Source: an uncultured Flavobacteriales bacterium
Lineage (GTDB): Bacteria > Bacteroidota > Bacteroidia > Flavobacteriales_D > Sanyastnellaceae
Direction of reading: 5' to 3'
Assembly (NCBI GenBank): GCA_965659115.1
Contig: CBFHUP010000005.1
Coordinates: 257 to 64,256, forward strand
DNA: 64,000 nt
The number at the start of each line of letters is the position of its first letter. Positions within the stretch are counted from its first letter, which is position 1. Positions 27,368 through 37,151 of the stretch are shown piece after piece. The translations under genes were made by a program, and so were the position numbers. The notes beneath the pieces were generated by a model. It was not told the DNA's origin, made no database searches, and saw nothing but the letters and a program-made list of their open reading frames with translations.

Positions 27368-28513
27368 ATGCGCTTTTCAATGAGGATTCTGTCCCTCCTG
27401 TTGGGCTTTGGCTTGACCGGAAGTGTCTTGGCTTCTTCTGGAGGCGGGGAGAACCCTGATCCAGGGGAATTCATCATACACCACATTGCAGACGCGCACG
27501 ACATTCACTTGTGGGGTGAAGGGCCTTCTGCGTTGCACATTCCGCTTCCTGTTATCTCTTACGCGCCTGGCTTCGGATGGGATGTTTTTTCGAGTGCTGC
27601 GTTGCTTCATCACGGTGAAGACCACGTCGACATGTCGGACCACGGGTTGGATGGGGGACACGCTGCCCACGACCACGCTGCAGAAGACGGGCACGGCGAT
27701 GGAGGATACCATTCGCATTCAACAGGCCTGACATACTCCTTGGATGGCAACGGCACGTTGCGTGCTGCTGATGAAACTGGCCGTACGGTAGAGGGCGTCT
27801 ACGACTTGTCCATCAGCAAAAGTGTGCTGGGCATGTTCCTGGTCATTTTCTTGATGCTGCTGATTTTTCCGCGCATCGGCTCGTCCTACAAGAAGAGAAA
27901 GGGACAGGCACCGAAAGGCTTGCAAAACGCACTCGAACCTCTCATCCTCTTCATCCGTGATGAGGTGGCTGTTCCAAGCATTGGCGAAAAGAAGGCGGAC
28001 CGTTACCTGCCCTTCTTGCTGACTACGTTCTTCTTCATTTTCCTCTGCAACCTACTCGGGTTGGTTCCTTTCATTGGGGCATTCAATGTCACGGGAACTG
28101 TGGGGGTGACACTGACCTTGGCAACGTTTGTCTTCATCATTACTACAGTTTCGGGCAACCGTCATTATTGGGGCCACATTTTTTGGCCACCTGGGGTTCC
28201 GCTTCCCATTAAACTGATTTTGGTTCCTGTAGAGGTGGTGGGCATTTTGCTCAAGCCCGCGGTACTGATGATTCGATTGACCGCCAACATTGGTGCGGGG
28301 CACATCATCATACTGGCCTTGACCTTCTTGGTCTTCATCATCAGCGATTACGGTGCCAACACGGCCGCCGGAATCGGAACTGGAATTTTCTCTGTGGCGT
28401 TCATGATTTTCATGTACTTCATTGAATTGCTTGTGGCTTTCTTGCAGGCGTACGTTTTTACCCTTTTGGCTGCGCTTTACTTCGGTGACGCCACCCAGGA
28501 GGCCCACCATTGA
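27368..28513 (+). CDS. atpB: F0F1 ATP synthase subunit a, with signal-like N-terminus and a His/Asp-rich insertion
   Basis: The C-terminal core matches subunit a, including LIRLTANIGAGHII with the essential Arg and ELLVAFLQAYVFTLLAALYF. The Bacteroidota-type N-terminal block is GEFIIHHIADAHD. The start is uncertain (27335, 27368 or 27380); the track ORF begins at a TTG at 27251. Confidence 0.9.
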   Translation: MRFSMRILSLLLGFGLTGSVLASSGGGENPDPGEFIIHHIADAHDIHLWGEGPSALHIPLPVISYAPGFGWDVFSSAALLHHGEDHVDMSDHGLDGGHAAHDHAAEDGHGDGGYHSHSTGLTYSLDGNGTLRAADETGRTVEGVYDLSISKSVLGMFLVIFLMLLIFPRIGSSYKKRKGQAPKGLQNALEPLILFIRDEVAVPSIGEKKADRYLPFLLTTFFFIFLCNLLGLVPFIGAFNVTGTVGVTLTLATFVFIITTVSGNRHYWGHIFWPPGVPLPIKLILVPVEVVGILLKPAVLMIRLTANIGAGHIIILALTFLVFIISDYGANTAAGIGTGIFSVAFMIFMYFIELLVAFLQAYVFTLLAALYFGDATQEAHH

Positions 28514-28524
28514 ACACAACCTAA

Positions 28525-28788
<264 letters not shown>

Positions 28789-28810
28789 ACCAGGCTACAG
28801 CCTCAGTTCC

Positions 28811-29308
28811 ATGGAAGCGTTTCTGAATACCGTTTACGGTACCGTCTTTTGGTCGACCATCTCCTTTTTGGTGGTGTTGATCTTGATGCGGCGTATGGCA
28901 TGGGGCCCGATCCTTCAAGGCTTGAAAGAGCGCGAGGAGGAAATTGACGGTGCCCTGAACAAGGCCAAAGAGGCGCGGGCAGAGATTGAGAATCTCCAGT
29001 CGGACAACGAGCGTCTTCTGCAGGAGGCTCGGGCTGAGCGCGACGGCATGTTGCGCGATGCTCGGGACATGTCAGACAAACTCGTTGCAGACGCCAAGCA
29101 ATTGGCCAAGGACGAAGGCGAGCGCATGATCGACCAGGCCAAACAGGCCATCGATGGTGAGCGCGCTGCAGCCGTGGCCGATTTGAAAGCTGAAGTGGCG
29201 AAGTTGAGCCTCGAAATTGCTGAGCAGCTGGTGCGCCAGGAGCTCAAAGACGACGGGAATCAACAAGCGCTGATCGGCCGGATGATTTCAGACTCCAAAC
29301 TGAACTGA
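28811..29308 (+). CDS. atpF: F0F1 ATP synthase subunit b
   Basis: The Met at 28811 follows the atpE stop. The product has one N-terminal TM helix and then a long charged helix (EREEEIDGALNKAKEARAEIENLQ...). Confidence 0.9.
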   Translation: MEAFLNTVYGTVFWSTISFLVVLILMRRMAWGPILQGLKEREEEIDGALNKAKEARAEIENLQSDNERLLQEARAERDGMLRDARDMSDKLVADAKQLAKDEGERMIDQAKQAIDGERAAAVADLKAEVAKLSLEIAEQLVRQELKDDGNQQALIGRMISDSKLN

Positions 29309-29312
29309 TCAA

Positions 29313-29867
29313 ATGTCTGCCAGCTCTGTAGCCCGCCGATACGGCAAGTCACTGTTTTCTCTCTGCAAGGAGCAGAATGCAGTGGATGTTGTGGAGCAGG
29401 ATATGCGCGGTCTCATTTCAGCAATGAAGGAGAACCGTGAGCTGTCCGCTGTTTTGGCCAGCCCTGTGGTGCGCCCTGAAAAGAAGGAGGCCATTGTGAC
29501 CTCAGTCTTTACCGCGTATCAGCCGCTGACCGTTTCCTTTCTGACGCTTCTGGCGAGAAAGGGACGGGCAGGTATGCTGGAGCAAATGGCCCAGGCATTT
29601 GTAGCGCTCGTGCGTGAAGAGCGAAACGTGGTCTTGGCAGAAGTCACGACAGCGGTTCCTTTGGACGATGCACGGCGCACAGAAATCAATGCATTGATCG
29701 GCAAAATCCACCAGGGAGGGGTGGAATTGTCGGAGAAGGTTGATCCCACACTGATAGGCGGCTACAAGCTGCGCGTTGGTGACCGGATGATCGACGCCAC
29801 GGTATTTGAGTCCTTGAGGGCCATGCACCGAGACCTCACCAACAACCCATACGAACCGGCTTACTGA
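29313..29867 (+). CDS. atpH: F0F1 ATP synthase subunit delta (OSCP)
   Basis: The 184-aa protein starts with the typical VARRYGKSLF, ends with the block DPTLIGGYKLRVGDRMIDATV, and is in the expected operon position. Confidence 0.9.
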   Translation: MSASSVARRYGKSLFSLCKEQNAVDVVEQDMRGLISAMKENRELSAVLASPVVRPEKKEAIVTSVFTAYQPLTVSFLTLLARKGRAGMLEQMAQAFVALVREERNVVLAEVTTAVPLDDARRTEINALIGKIHQGGVELSEKVDPTLIGGYKLRVGDRMIDATVFESLRAMHRDLTNNPYEPAY

Positions 29868-29882
29868 GCGTATTTCAACCTC

Positions 29883-31466
29883 ATGTCCCAGATCAAACCC
29901 GCCGAAGTTTCAGCCATCCTGCGAGAGCAGTTGGCCGGCAATCAGACCGCAGCTGACCTCCAAGAGGTCGGGACCGTGCTCCAGGTAGGAGACGGGATCG
30001 CGCGCATTTATGGCCTCTCTAATGTGCAGGCCGGTGAGCTCATTGAGTTCGAGAACGGAGTACGTGGCATTGCATTGAACCTCGAGGAGGACAATGTGGG
30101 CGCTGTACTGCTCGAGCCTTCAGGAGAGCTCAAGGAAGGATCCTCTGTCAAGCGATTGAACCGCATCGCCTCAGTGAAGGTGGGCCGCGGCATGCTTGGC
30201 CGTGTTGTCAACACCTTGGGAGAGCCCATCGACGGCAAGGGACACATTGAGGGCGACCTTTATGAAATGCCATTGGAGCGCAAGGCTCCGGGTGTGATTT
30301 ACCGTCAACCGGTAAACGAGCCCCTGCAGACCGGCATCAAGGCTGTGGACTCGATGATCCCAATTGGCCGTGGCCAGAGGGAGCTGATCATTGGCGACCG
30401 TCAAACTGGTAAGACCACGGTGGCGATTGACACCATCATCAACCAGAAGGAATTTTTCGATGCAGGAGAGCCCGTCTTCTGTATTTATGTGGCCATTGGC
30501 CAAAAAGGCTCTACTGTAGCGGGCATTGTTCAAACGCTGGAAGAGGCGGGTGCAATGGCCTATACGGTGGTGGTCGCAGCTACGGCTGCCGACCCTGCGC
30601 CGTTGCAGTTCTATGCACCATTTACGGGCGCTGCGATCGGTGAGTTCTTCCGCGACACAGGCAATCCTGCTTTGGTCGTGTATGATGACCTGTCCAAGCA
30701 AGCGGTCGCATACCGCGAGGTGTCCTTGTTGCTGCGCCGCCCTCCGGGCCGTGAGGCATACCCAGGAGACGTGTTCTACTTGCACAGCCGCTTGCTGGAA
30801 CGCGCAGCCAAGGTGATTGCCGACGATGGCATTGCCAAGGACATGAACGATTTGCCCGAAAGCATTCGCCACATGGTGAAGGGGGGTGGATCATTGACCG
30901 CACTCCCCATCATTGAGACTCAAGCTGGAGACGTTTCGGCGTACATCCCAACGAACGTGATTTCCATTACCGATGGTCAAATCTTCTTGGAGAGCAGCTT
31001 GTTCCTGTCTGGTGTTCGCCCTGCGATTAACGTGGGTATCTCTGTGAGCCGCGTGGGTGGTTCTGCACAGATTAAGTCCATGAAGAAAGTTTCAGGTACA
31101 CTGAAGCTGGACCAGGCGCAATACCGTGAACTCGAGGCTTTCGCCAAGTTCGGATCTGATTTGGACGACGCTACCAAAGCCGTATTGGACAAGGGCATGC
31201 GCAACGTGGAGATTCTCAAGCAGAACTTGAATTCACCGATGCCAGTGGAGGAGCAGACCGCCATCATTTATGCTGGAACGAAGAACCTCCTGAAGACTGT
31301 TCCAGTGGACAAGGTCAAAGAATTTGAGTTGGCTTACTTGGATTACTTGCGCTCAAAGCATGGTGATACCATGGCTGAGTTGAAGACCGGAAAGTATTCG
31401 GACGGAGCTCAAAAGGTGATGGCTGATGCTGCCGCTGAGGTCAGCAAGCAATTTGCCGGCGCCTGA
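29883..31466 (+). CDS. atpA: F0F1 ATP synthase subunit alpha
   Basis: A Walker A motif (GDRQTGKT) is present, with typical alpha-subunit blocks throughout (527 aa). Confidence 0.98.
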   Translation: MSQIKPAEVSAILREQLAGNQTAADLQEVGTVLQVGDGIARIYGLSNVQAGELIEFENGVRGIALNLEEDNVGAVLLEPSGELKEGSSVKRLNRIASVKVGRGMLGRVVNTLGEPIDGKGHIEGDLYEMPLERKAPGVIYRQPVNEPLQTGIKAVDSMIPIGRGQRELIIGDRQTGKTTVAIDTIINQKEFFDAGEPVFCIYVAIGQKGSTVAGIVQTLEEAGAMAYTVVVAATAADPAPLQFYAPFTGAAIGEFFRDTGNPALVVYDDLSKQAVAYREVSLLLRRPPGREAYPGDVFYLHSRLLERAAKVIADDGIAKDMNDLPESIRHMVKGGGSLTALPIIETQAGDVSAYIPTNVISITDGQIFLESSLFLSGVRPAINVGISVSRVGGSAQIKSMKKVSGTLKLDQAQYRELEAFAKFGSDLDDATKAVLDKGMRNVEILKQNLNSPMPVEEQTAIIYAGTKNLLKTVPVDKVKEFELAYLDYLRSKHGDTMAELKTGKYSDGAQKVMADAAAEVSKQFAGA

Positions 31467-31478
31467 ACGCACTGAAAG

Positions 31479-32360
31479 ATGGCTGGAGGTCTCAAGGAAG
31501 TTCGCAACCGCATTGCCTCTGTCGGAAGTACCCGGCAGATCACGCAAGCGATGAAGGTCGTCTCGGCGGCTAAACTGCGCCGTGCACAAGACGCCATTAC
31601 CCAGATGCGTCCGTATGCCGAGAAGCTTCAGGAGATCTTGGTCAATGTGAGTGGATCGATGGAGCCTTCGGAGAATCCGTATGCCATCGAACGGGAAACC
31701 AAGAAGGTGCTTTTGGTGGCCATCACATCGAACCGCGGTTTGTGTGGGCCATTCAACAACAACGTCATCAAGATGTCCAAGGAGCGCATTGCGGAGCATG
31801 CTTCATCGGACGTTCATGTATTGTGTCTCGGCAAAAAAGCAGGGGATGTCTTTCGCAAGACAGACCACTTTACGACGCTGACGTTGGGAGACCAACCTCA
31901 CGAGATATTTGACCGCTTGGATTTCGCCAACACTTCAGATGTGGCGCAGGTGGTGATGGATGCCTTTACTTCTGGGGACTACGACAAAGTGGAGTTGATC
32001 TACAACCGATTTGTCAATGCTGCGGCCCAGGACATTCAGTGTGAGCAAATGTTGCCCATTGAGCAGGTGGCTGTGGAAGGTGATGCTGCACCTAGGGAGG
32101 TGGACTACATCTTTGAGCCGAGCCAAGAGGAAATTGCGGCCAATATTGTACCGAACACCCTCAAAATCCAGCTGTACAAGGCATTGCTTGACAGCCATGC
32201 CTCTGAGCATGGAGCACGGATGACGGCCATGCACAAGGCCACTGAAAATGCCGGGGAACTGCTGCGCGACTTGAAGCTCAGCTACAATAAGGCCCGTCAG
32301 GCGGCCATTACCGCAGAAATTCTCGAGATTGTGGGCGGCGCGGAAGCGCTCGAAGGATGA
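31479..32360 (+). CDS. atpG: F0F1 ATP synthase subunit gamma
   Basis: The N-terminus is LKEVRNRIASVGSTRQITQAMKVVSAAKLR and the C-terminus is RQAAITAEILEIVGGAEAL. Confidence 0.95.
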   Translation: MAGGLKEVRNRIASVGSTRQITQAMKVVSAAKLRRAQDAITQMRPYAEKLQEILVNVSGSMEPSENPYAIERETKKVLLVAITSNRGLCGPFNNNVIKMSKERIAEHASSDVHVLCLGKKAGDVFRKTDHFTTLTLGDQPHEIFDRLDFANTSDVAQVVMDAFTSGDYDKVELIYNRFVNAAAQDIQCEQMLPIEQVAVEGDAAPREVDYIFEPSQEEIAANIVPNTLKIQLYKALLDSHASEHGARMTAMHKATENAGELLRDLKLSYNKARQAAITAEILEIVGGAEALEG

Positions 32361-33831
32361 TCCCACAAGCTTGATAAGACTCTCTTTACGTCAACGTCTC
32401 TTTTTGGCCATGCTTGGCGTGGTGCTGTTGGGTTTTCTCCTGACGGGTGCCGCGACGTTCATTGGTTTTGCGCGCCTGGACGAGGAATACAATGCGGCAC
32501 GACTGATTCGGAAGGAGGAGGCTGTGGCGCGGAGCCTCAGGTTTGCCTTGGGCAGTGCCATTGGCAAAGAAGTGGAGGCGACGTCATTGAGCTGGACGGT
32601 GATGCCGGGTGCCTTTGCGGATCGCATCGTGGAGATTCAGGAGGTCCATGGGCTGCCGCTGGCGGTCTACCGATTGGACGGCAGTTTATTCGTGACGTCC
32701 TCGTTTGATCACCCAGAATCTCAAGGTTTTGCTGTGGACGCGGACCCGGAAGTTTTGATTGCTTTGGCGCAGGGTGCAGAGCGCTTAGAGGTGCCGGTTG
32801 GCAATGGGGACTTCATCGCTTATTGGTACCAAATAAATGAAGAGCAAAGGCCCGTGGCTTTGGTTGCATTGAGGTATGCTTCACGCAGTCTTGAAGCGGG
32901 AGGGCGCCGGGACCTGTTTCAAAATTTGGCCCTTGTTTTTGGCCTGGTTTTCATAGCTGCTGCAGGACTGGCCTTTCTTTTGGCGCGTTCTATATCGAGG
33001 CCGTTGTCTCGGTTGGGAGCACTGATGGAGAGAATGGACGTGTCCAAGGACGCAGGGTTCGAGCCGTTGCGATATGCTTCTGGTAGGAGAGATGAGATTG
33101 CAGTTTTGGTGGACCGGTACAACCGGATGGCAGAGAAGGTGCGCAAATCAGCGGCAGCGTTGGCCCAGTCTGAACGGGAAAGTGCTTGGCGCGAGATGGC
33201 CATGCAAGTAGCGCACGAGATTAAAAACCCGTTGACGCCTATGAAGCTGGGCATTCAGCAATTGGAGCGCAGGGCGCAGGACCCTGCTACAACCTCTGAG
33301 GACTTGAAGGAAAGGTTGATGGCGATGTCTTCTACGCTGCAGGGTCAGATCGATGTGCTGAGCAAAATTGCAAGTGAATTCAGCACCATGGCCCGACTGC
33401 CACAAGACGAAATGAAGCTGGCATCGCTGCGGACGGTATTGGAGCAAGTCATTGTTTTGATGGAGAAGCCAGGCGTGGGCCCCATGTTGGATATGACTGG
33501 CGATGTCACTGTGTTGTGCGATGTAGACCAGTTGAGTCGGTTGTTTCAAAACCTTGTGCTGAACGCTCAACAGGCCATTGGCAGTGGCGATGGCAAAGTC
33601 ACCATTGACGTTCAAATGGACCCCCTTGTGGTATCTGTAAACGATTCAGGCCCCGGCATTCCAGAGGAACTTGCCGACAAGATTTTCGAACCCCAGTTCA
33701 CGACGAGGGGCAGCGGCACTGGCTTGGGGCTCGCGATCGTCAAGGCAATCGCTGACCGCCACTTCATAACCATTGAGTGCCAGTCAAGCCCCCAATCAGG
33801 CACTTCGTTCTGCCTGTCTTGGCCGGCGTAA
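32329..33831 (+). CDS. Membrane sensor histidine kinase (HAMP + HisKA + HATPase), no adjacent response regulator
   Basis: It has two TM helices, a HAMP-like ISRPLSRLGALMERM, the H-box QVAHEIKNPLTPM, and NLVLNAQQAI, DSGPGIP and GTGLGLAIV. The start is uncertain: the ATG at 32329 overlaps atpG by 32 nt, and an in-frame TTG at 32371 is an alternative. Confidence 0.8.
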   Translation: MWAARKRSKDDPTSLIRLSLRQRLFLAMLGVVLLGFLLTGAATFIGFARLDEEYNAARLIRKEEAVARSLRFALGSAIGKEVEATSLSWTVMPGAFADRIVEIQEVHGLPLAVYRLDGSLFVTSSFDHPESQGFAVDADPEVLIALAQGAERLEVPVGNGDFIAYWYQINEEQRPVALVALRYASRSLEAGGRRDLFQNLALVFGLVFIAAAGLAFLLARSISRPLSRLGALMERMDVSKDAGFEPLRYASGRRDEIAVLVDRYNRMAEKVRKSAAALAQSERESAWREMAMQVAHEIKNPLTPMKLGIQQLERRAQDPATTSEDLKERLMAMSSTLQGQIDVLSKIASEFSTMARLPQDEMKLASLRTVLEQVIVLMEKPGVGPMLDMTGDVTVLCDVDQLSRLFQNLVLNAQQAIGSGDGKVTIDVQMDPLVVSVNDSGPGIPEELADKIFEPQFTTRGSGTGLGLAIVKAIADRHFITIECQSSPQSGTSFCLSWPA

Positions 33832-33961
33832 TTCGGGTTATCAACACAGCCTTAGGGGATTATCGGTTGTTTCTTACACATAAGTATGGGGGCGAATGGT
33901 CGTCATTTGTGATTGGTGAAATTTTGCCAAAAACCTTAAATAACTCAAAATCAAGAACGCA

Positions 33962-36900
33962 ATGAGGAAGCAACTCCTACTTCTGTTGGCTTCGTTTGCC
34001 TTCGGCATTTCTGCGGCTATGGCCCAGTCAGTGTCTGGAAAGGTGACCGACGGTGCCAATGGTGAAGGCTTGCCCGGTGTGGCAGTCGTTGTCGTAGGCT
34101 CCAATACTGGAGTCATTTCAGATATGGACGGTATGTACCGCATTCAGGCGGCTACCGGCGACGTTTTGTCTTTCAGCTTTATCGGCTACAATACTGTCCG
34201 AAAGGAGGTGAAAGGCGCTGCAATGGATGTGTCCATGGAAAGCGGTGTGGCCCTGGACGAGGTCGTTGTGACCGCCTTGGGTGTGAGCCGCGAAAAGAAA
34301 GCGTTGGGCTATTCAGTTCAAGAGCTGGGCAACAGCGCCTTCACAGATGCCAAGTCTGAAAACGTGGTACGCTCGTTGACGGGTAAAATCGCCGGAGTGC
34401 AAGTGACCTCTGGTACATCTATTGGTTCATCCTCTAAGGTGTTGCTGCGTGGCGCGAGCTCCATCACTGGAGACAACCAACCGCTTTTTGTTGTGGACGG
34501 TGTCCCGATGGACAATGCCGACTACTCTAGTGGAAACACCCAGCGTTCTACAGGTGGTTACGATTATGGAAACGCCATTCAGGACTTGAACCCAGACGAC
34601 ATTGAGTCGGTATCAGTTTTGAAAGGACCTGCAGCGGCAGCCCTCTACGGATCGCGGGCCTCCAATGGTGCGATCGTCATTACCACCAAGTCAGGTAAAG
34701 GCTACCAATCCAGTGGCAAGCGCGGAATCGGCATCAGTGTGAACAGCGGTGTTGCCTTCAACAACGTTTACGTCCTTCCAGACTTCCAGAACAGTTATGG
34801 CGGTGGACCAAGCCAGTCTTGGGCCGACACTTTGCCCGACGGATCTTACGTACCCAACTACGCGTTGGACGGAAGCTGGGGCCCTTCATTGAGCGGACAG
34901 AGCGTCCGTCACTGGGACAGCTGGTATGACTATGCTGGAGACGAAGGTTACGGAGAGGTGCGCCCTTGGGAGGCCAACCCAACCAATGTGGAGGACTTCT
35001 TCCAAACGGGTGTGACCCTCACCAACAATGTGAGCGTAACCGGTGCTACAGACGAGAGCGCATTCCGCCTGAGTTACACGAACCACGATCAGACCGGTGT
35101 TTATGAGAACAGCTCATTGAACCGCAACACATTGAGTTTCTCTGGTTCACAGCAAGTCAGTGAAGACCTTGAGGCCAGTGTGTCTGCTAACTATGTGCAG
35201 TCAAGAGGAGCGGGACGTCCCATCACGGGTTACGGTGAGTCGGTGATGTCTCAGTTCACCCAATGGTTCCAGCGTCAGTTGAGCATGGAGCGCTTGCGCA
35301 ACTACAAGAATGCAGACGGAACTCAGCGGACTTGGAACCGTTTGAGCACGACCAACCCCAACCCTAACTACTTCGACAACCCTTTCTGGGAGCGGTACGA
35401 GAACGTACAAAATGACCAGAGGGACCGCGTGTTTGGAAACATCACGATGAAGTACAAGATCAACGATGTGTTCAGCTTGATGGGCCGTGCACTGAGTGAC
35501 TTCTACATCGACCGTCGTGAGGAGCGCATTGCTGTTGGAGGTGTGCGCGAGAGCTCATACAGCGAGGCTACGCGCCAGCTGCAAGAGACCAACTTGGATG
35601 CTTACTTGAATTTTTCTGATGACCTCAGCGACGACTTGAACCTGACTGGTTTTGTAGGTGTCAACCGCAGAATCCGCAACTACAAGCGTTTGAATGCATA
35701 CACCTTGGGTGGATTGAATACCCCAGGCCTCTACACCGTGAACAACGGAGCCGATGGCTATGAGGTGGGTGACTTTACCAGCAGTAAGGTGGTCAACTCT
35801 GTGTTGGGTAGTGCCAGCTTTGGTTATAAGCGCAAGTTCTTCGTAGACGTCACGGGTCGCAACGACTGGAGTTCTACGTTGCCCGCTGCGAACAACAGCT
35901 ACTTCTACCCATCGGCATCTGCCAGCTATGTGTTGAGCGAAGACTTGGACGTTGACGCGATCAGCTTCGCCAAGGTTCGTTTGGGTTGGGCACAGGTCGG
36001 AAACGACACGGACCCTTACCGCACGTCTACAACCTACGCGGTGAACACCAACTTTGGCAACAGTGGTTCTGCCACAGTGCCGAACTCACAGAACAACCCC
36101 GATCTCCGTCCTGAGAAGACCAGCAGCTTTGAGGCAGGTTTGGAGTTGAACTTGTTCCTCGATCGCGTTCGCTTTGACTTCACGTATTACAACAGCACCA
36201 CCGAAGACCTCATCTTCAATGTGCCGGTCTCTTCGGCGAGCGGCTACAGCAGCGCTGTGTTGAATGCAGGTAACACCAGCAACAAGGGAATCGAGCTCAG
36301 CTTGGCGGTTACGCCAGTCATGACCGATGATTTCCGTTGGGACCTCGGAGTGAACTTCGCCAAGAACAAAAACGAATTGGTCGAGCTGGCTGAAGGGATT
36401 GACAACATCCGCTATACCAGCTTGTTTGGTGTGACGCTTGAGGCCCGCCCCGGACAGCCATTGGGCACATTCTATGGGTACGACTACCAGTATGATGATG
36501 CTGGAAACAAGTTGGTGGATGACGCCGGTTACTACCTCCGTACCGACGATGTGCAGCCCTTGGGAACCATTCTTCCGAATTTCACGGGCGGTGTATACAC
36601 CACTTTGGATTACAAGAACTTGAGCTTCTATGCCCTTGTAGACTTCCAAGACGGTGGTTCTTTGCACAGCTACTCCAACCAGTGGGGTAAGTACTCCGGC
36701 ACGCTCGCTGAGACTGTATTCGATGAGGATGGAAACGACATGCGTGCTGCAGACTATGCTGGTGTCGTTGTCGAAGGTGTCAATGCTACCACAGGTGCTG
36801 TCAACGATGTGGCCATTGGTGCTCAGAGTCACTTCTTCTCCAATCAGGGATACGTGATTCACGCGGCGGACCAGTATGACGCCAGCTTTGTGAAGCTTCG

Positions 36901-37123
36901 TGAGATGCGCCTTGACTATAGCTTGCCTGCGGATATGGTGGACGACACCCCATTCAGCAACGTGAGCATCGGTGTCTTTGGACGCAACCTGGCCATTCTT
37001 CACAAGAACGTTCCACACATTGACCCTGAGGTGGCCACATCGGCCTCCAACATTCAAGGCTTTGAAGGTGGTCAGCTCCCTGCGGAGCGCACGATCGGCG
37101 TGAACATCAAGTTCGGCCTCTGA
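33962..37123 (+). CDS. SusC/RagA-family TonB-dependent outer-membrane transporter
   Basis: It has a signal peptide, a carboxypeptidase-regulatory-like N-domain (GKVTDGANGEGLPGVAVVVVGSNTGVISDMDGMYRI), a plug (SVLKGPAAAALYGSRASNGAIVITTK) and a C-terminal barrel ending in F. Confidence 0.95.
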   Translation: MRKQLLLLLASFAFGISAAMAQSVSGKVTDGANGEGLPGVAVVVVGSNTGVISDMDGMYRIQAATGDVLSFSFIGYNTVRKEVKGAAMDVSMESGVALDEVVVTALGVSREKKALGYSVQELGNSAFTDAKSENVVRSLTGKIAGVQVTSGTSIGSSSKVLLRGASSITGDNQPLFVVDGVPMDNADYSSGNTQRSTGGYDYGNAIQDLNPDDIESVSVLKGPAAAALYGSRASNGAIVITTKSGKGYQSSGKRGIGISVNSGVAFNNVYVLPDFQNSYGGGPSQSWADTLPDGSYVPNYALDGSWGPSLSGQSVRHWDSWYDYAGDEGYGEVRPWEANPTNVEDFFQTGVTLTNNVSVTGATDESAFRLSYTNHDQTGVYENSSLNRNTLSFSGSQQVSEDLEASVSANYVQSRGAGRPITGYGESVMSQFTQWFQRQLSMERLRNYKNADGTQRTWNRLSTTNPNPNYFDNPFWERYENVQNDQRDRVFGNITMKYKINDVFSLMGRALSDFYIDRREERIAVGGVRESSYSEATRQLQETNLDAYLNFSDDLSDDLNLTGFVGVNRRIRNYKRLNAYTLGGLNTPGLYTVNNGADGYEVGDFTSSKVVNSVLGSASFGYKRKFFVDVTGRNDWSSTLPAANNSYFYPSASASYVLSEDLDVDAISFAKVRLGWAQVGNDTDPYRTSTTYAVNTNFGNSGSATVPNSQNNPDLRPEKTSSFEAGLELNLFLDRVRFDFTYYNSTTEDLIFNVPVSSASGYSSAVLNAGNTSNKGIELSLAVTPVMTDDFRWDLGVNFAKNKNELVELAEGIDNIRYTSLFGVTLEARPGQPLGTFYGYDYQYDDAGNKLVDDAGYYLRTDDVQPLGTILPNFTGGVYTTLDYKNLSFYALVDFQDGGSLHSYSNQWGKYSGTLAETVFDEDGNDMRAADYAGVVVEGVNATTGAVNDVAIGAQSHFFSNQGYVIHAADQYDASFVKLREMRLDYSLPADMVDDTPFSNVSIGVFGRNLAILHKNVPHIDPEVATSASNIQGFEGGQLPAERTIGVNIKFGL

Positions 37124-37151
37124 TTCCTTCTAATCTGGAAAAAACTAGGAC

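Noticed and set aside
36086-37057. Long antisense ORFs inside well-supported genes: 323 aa in SusC, plus 10209-10904 in mnmG, 11906-12766 in the ALDH gene, 18435-19295 in the PAS kinase, 30171-30872 in atpA, 39579-40334 opposite the porin-like gene, and 48241-49486 opposite mltD/DUF4837.
   Set aside because: Each is embedded in a gene with clear family motifs on the other strand, has no recognisable motifs of its own, and shows the amino-acid bias expected for antisense frames of GC-rich coding DNA.
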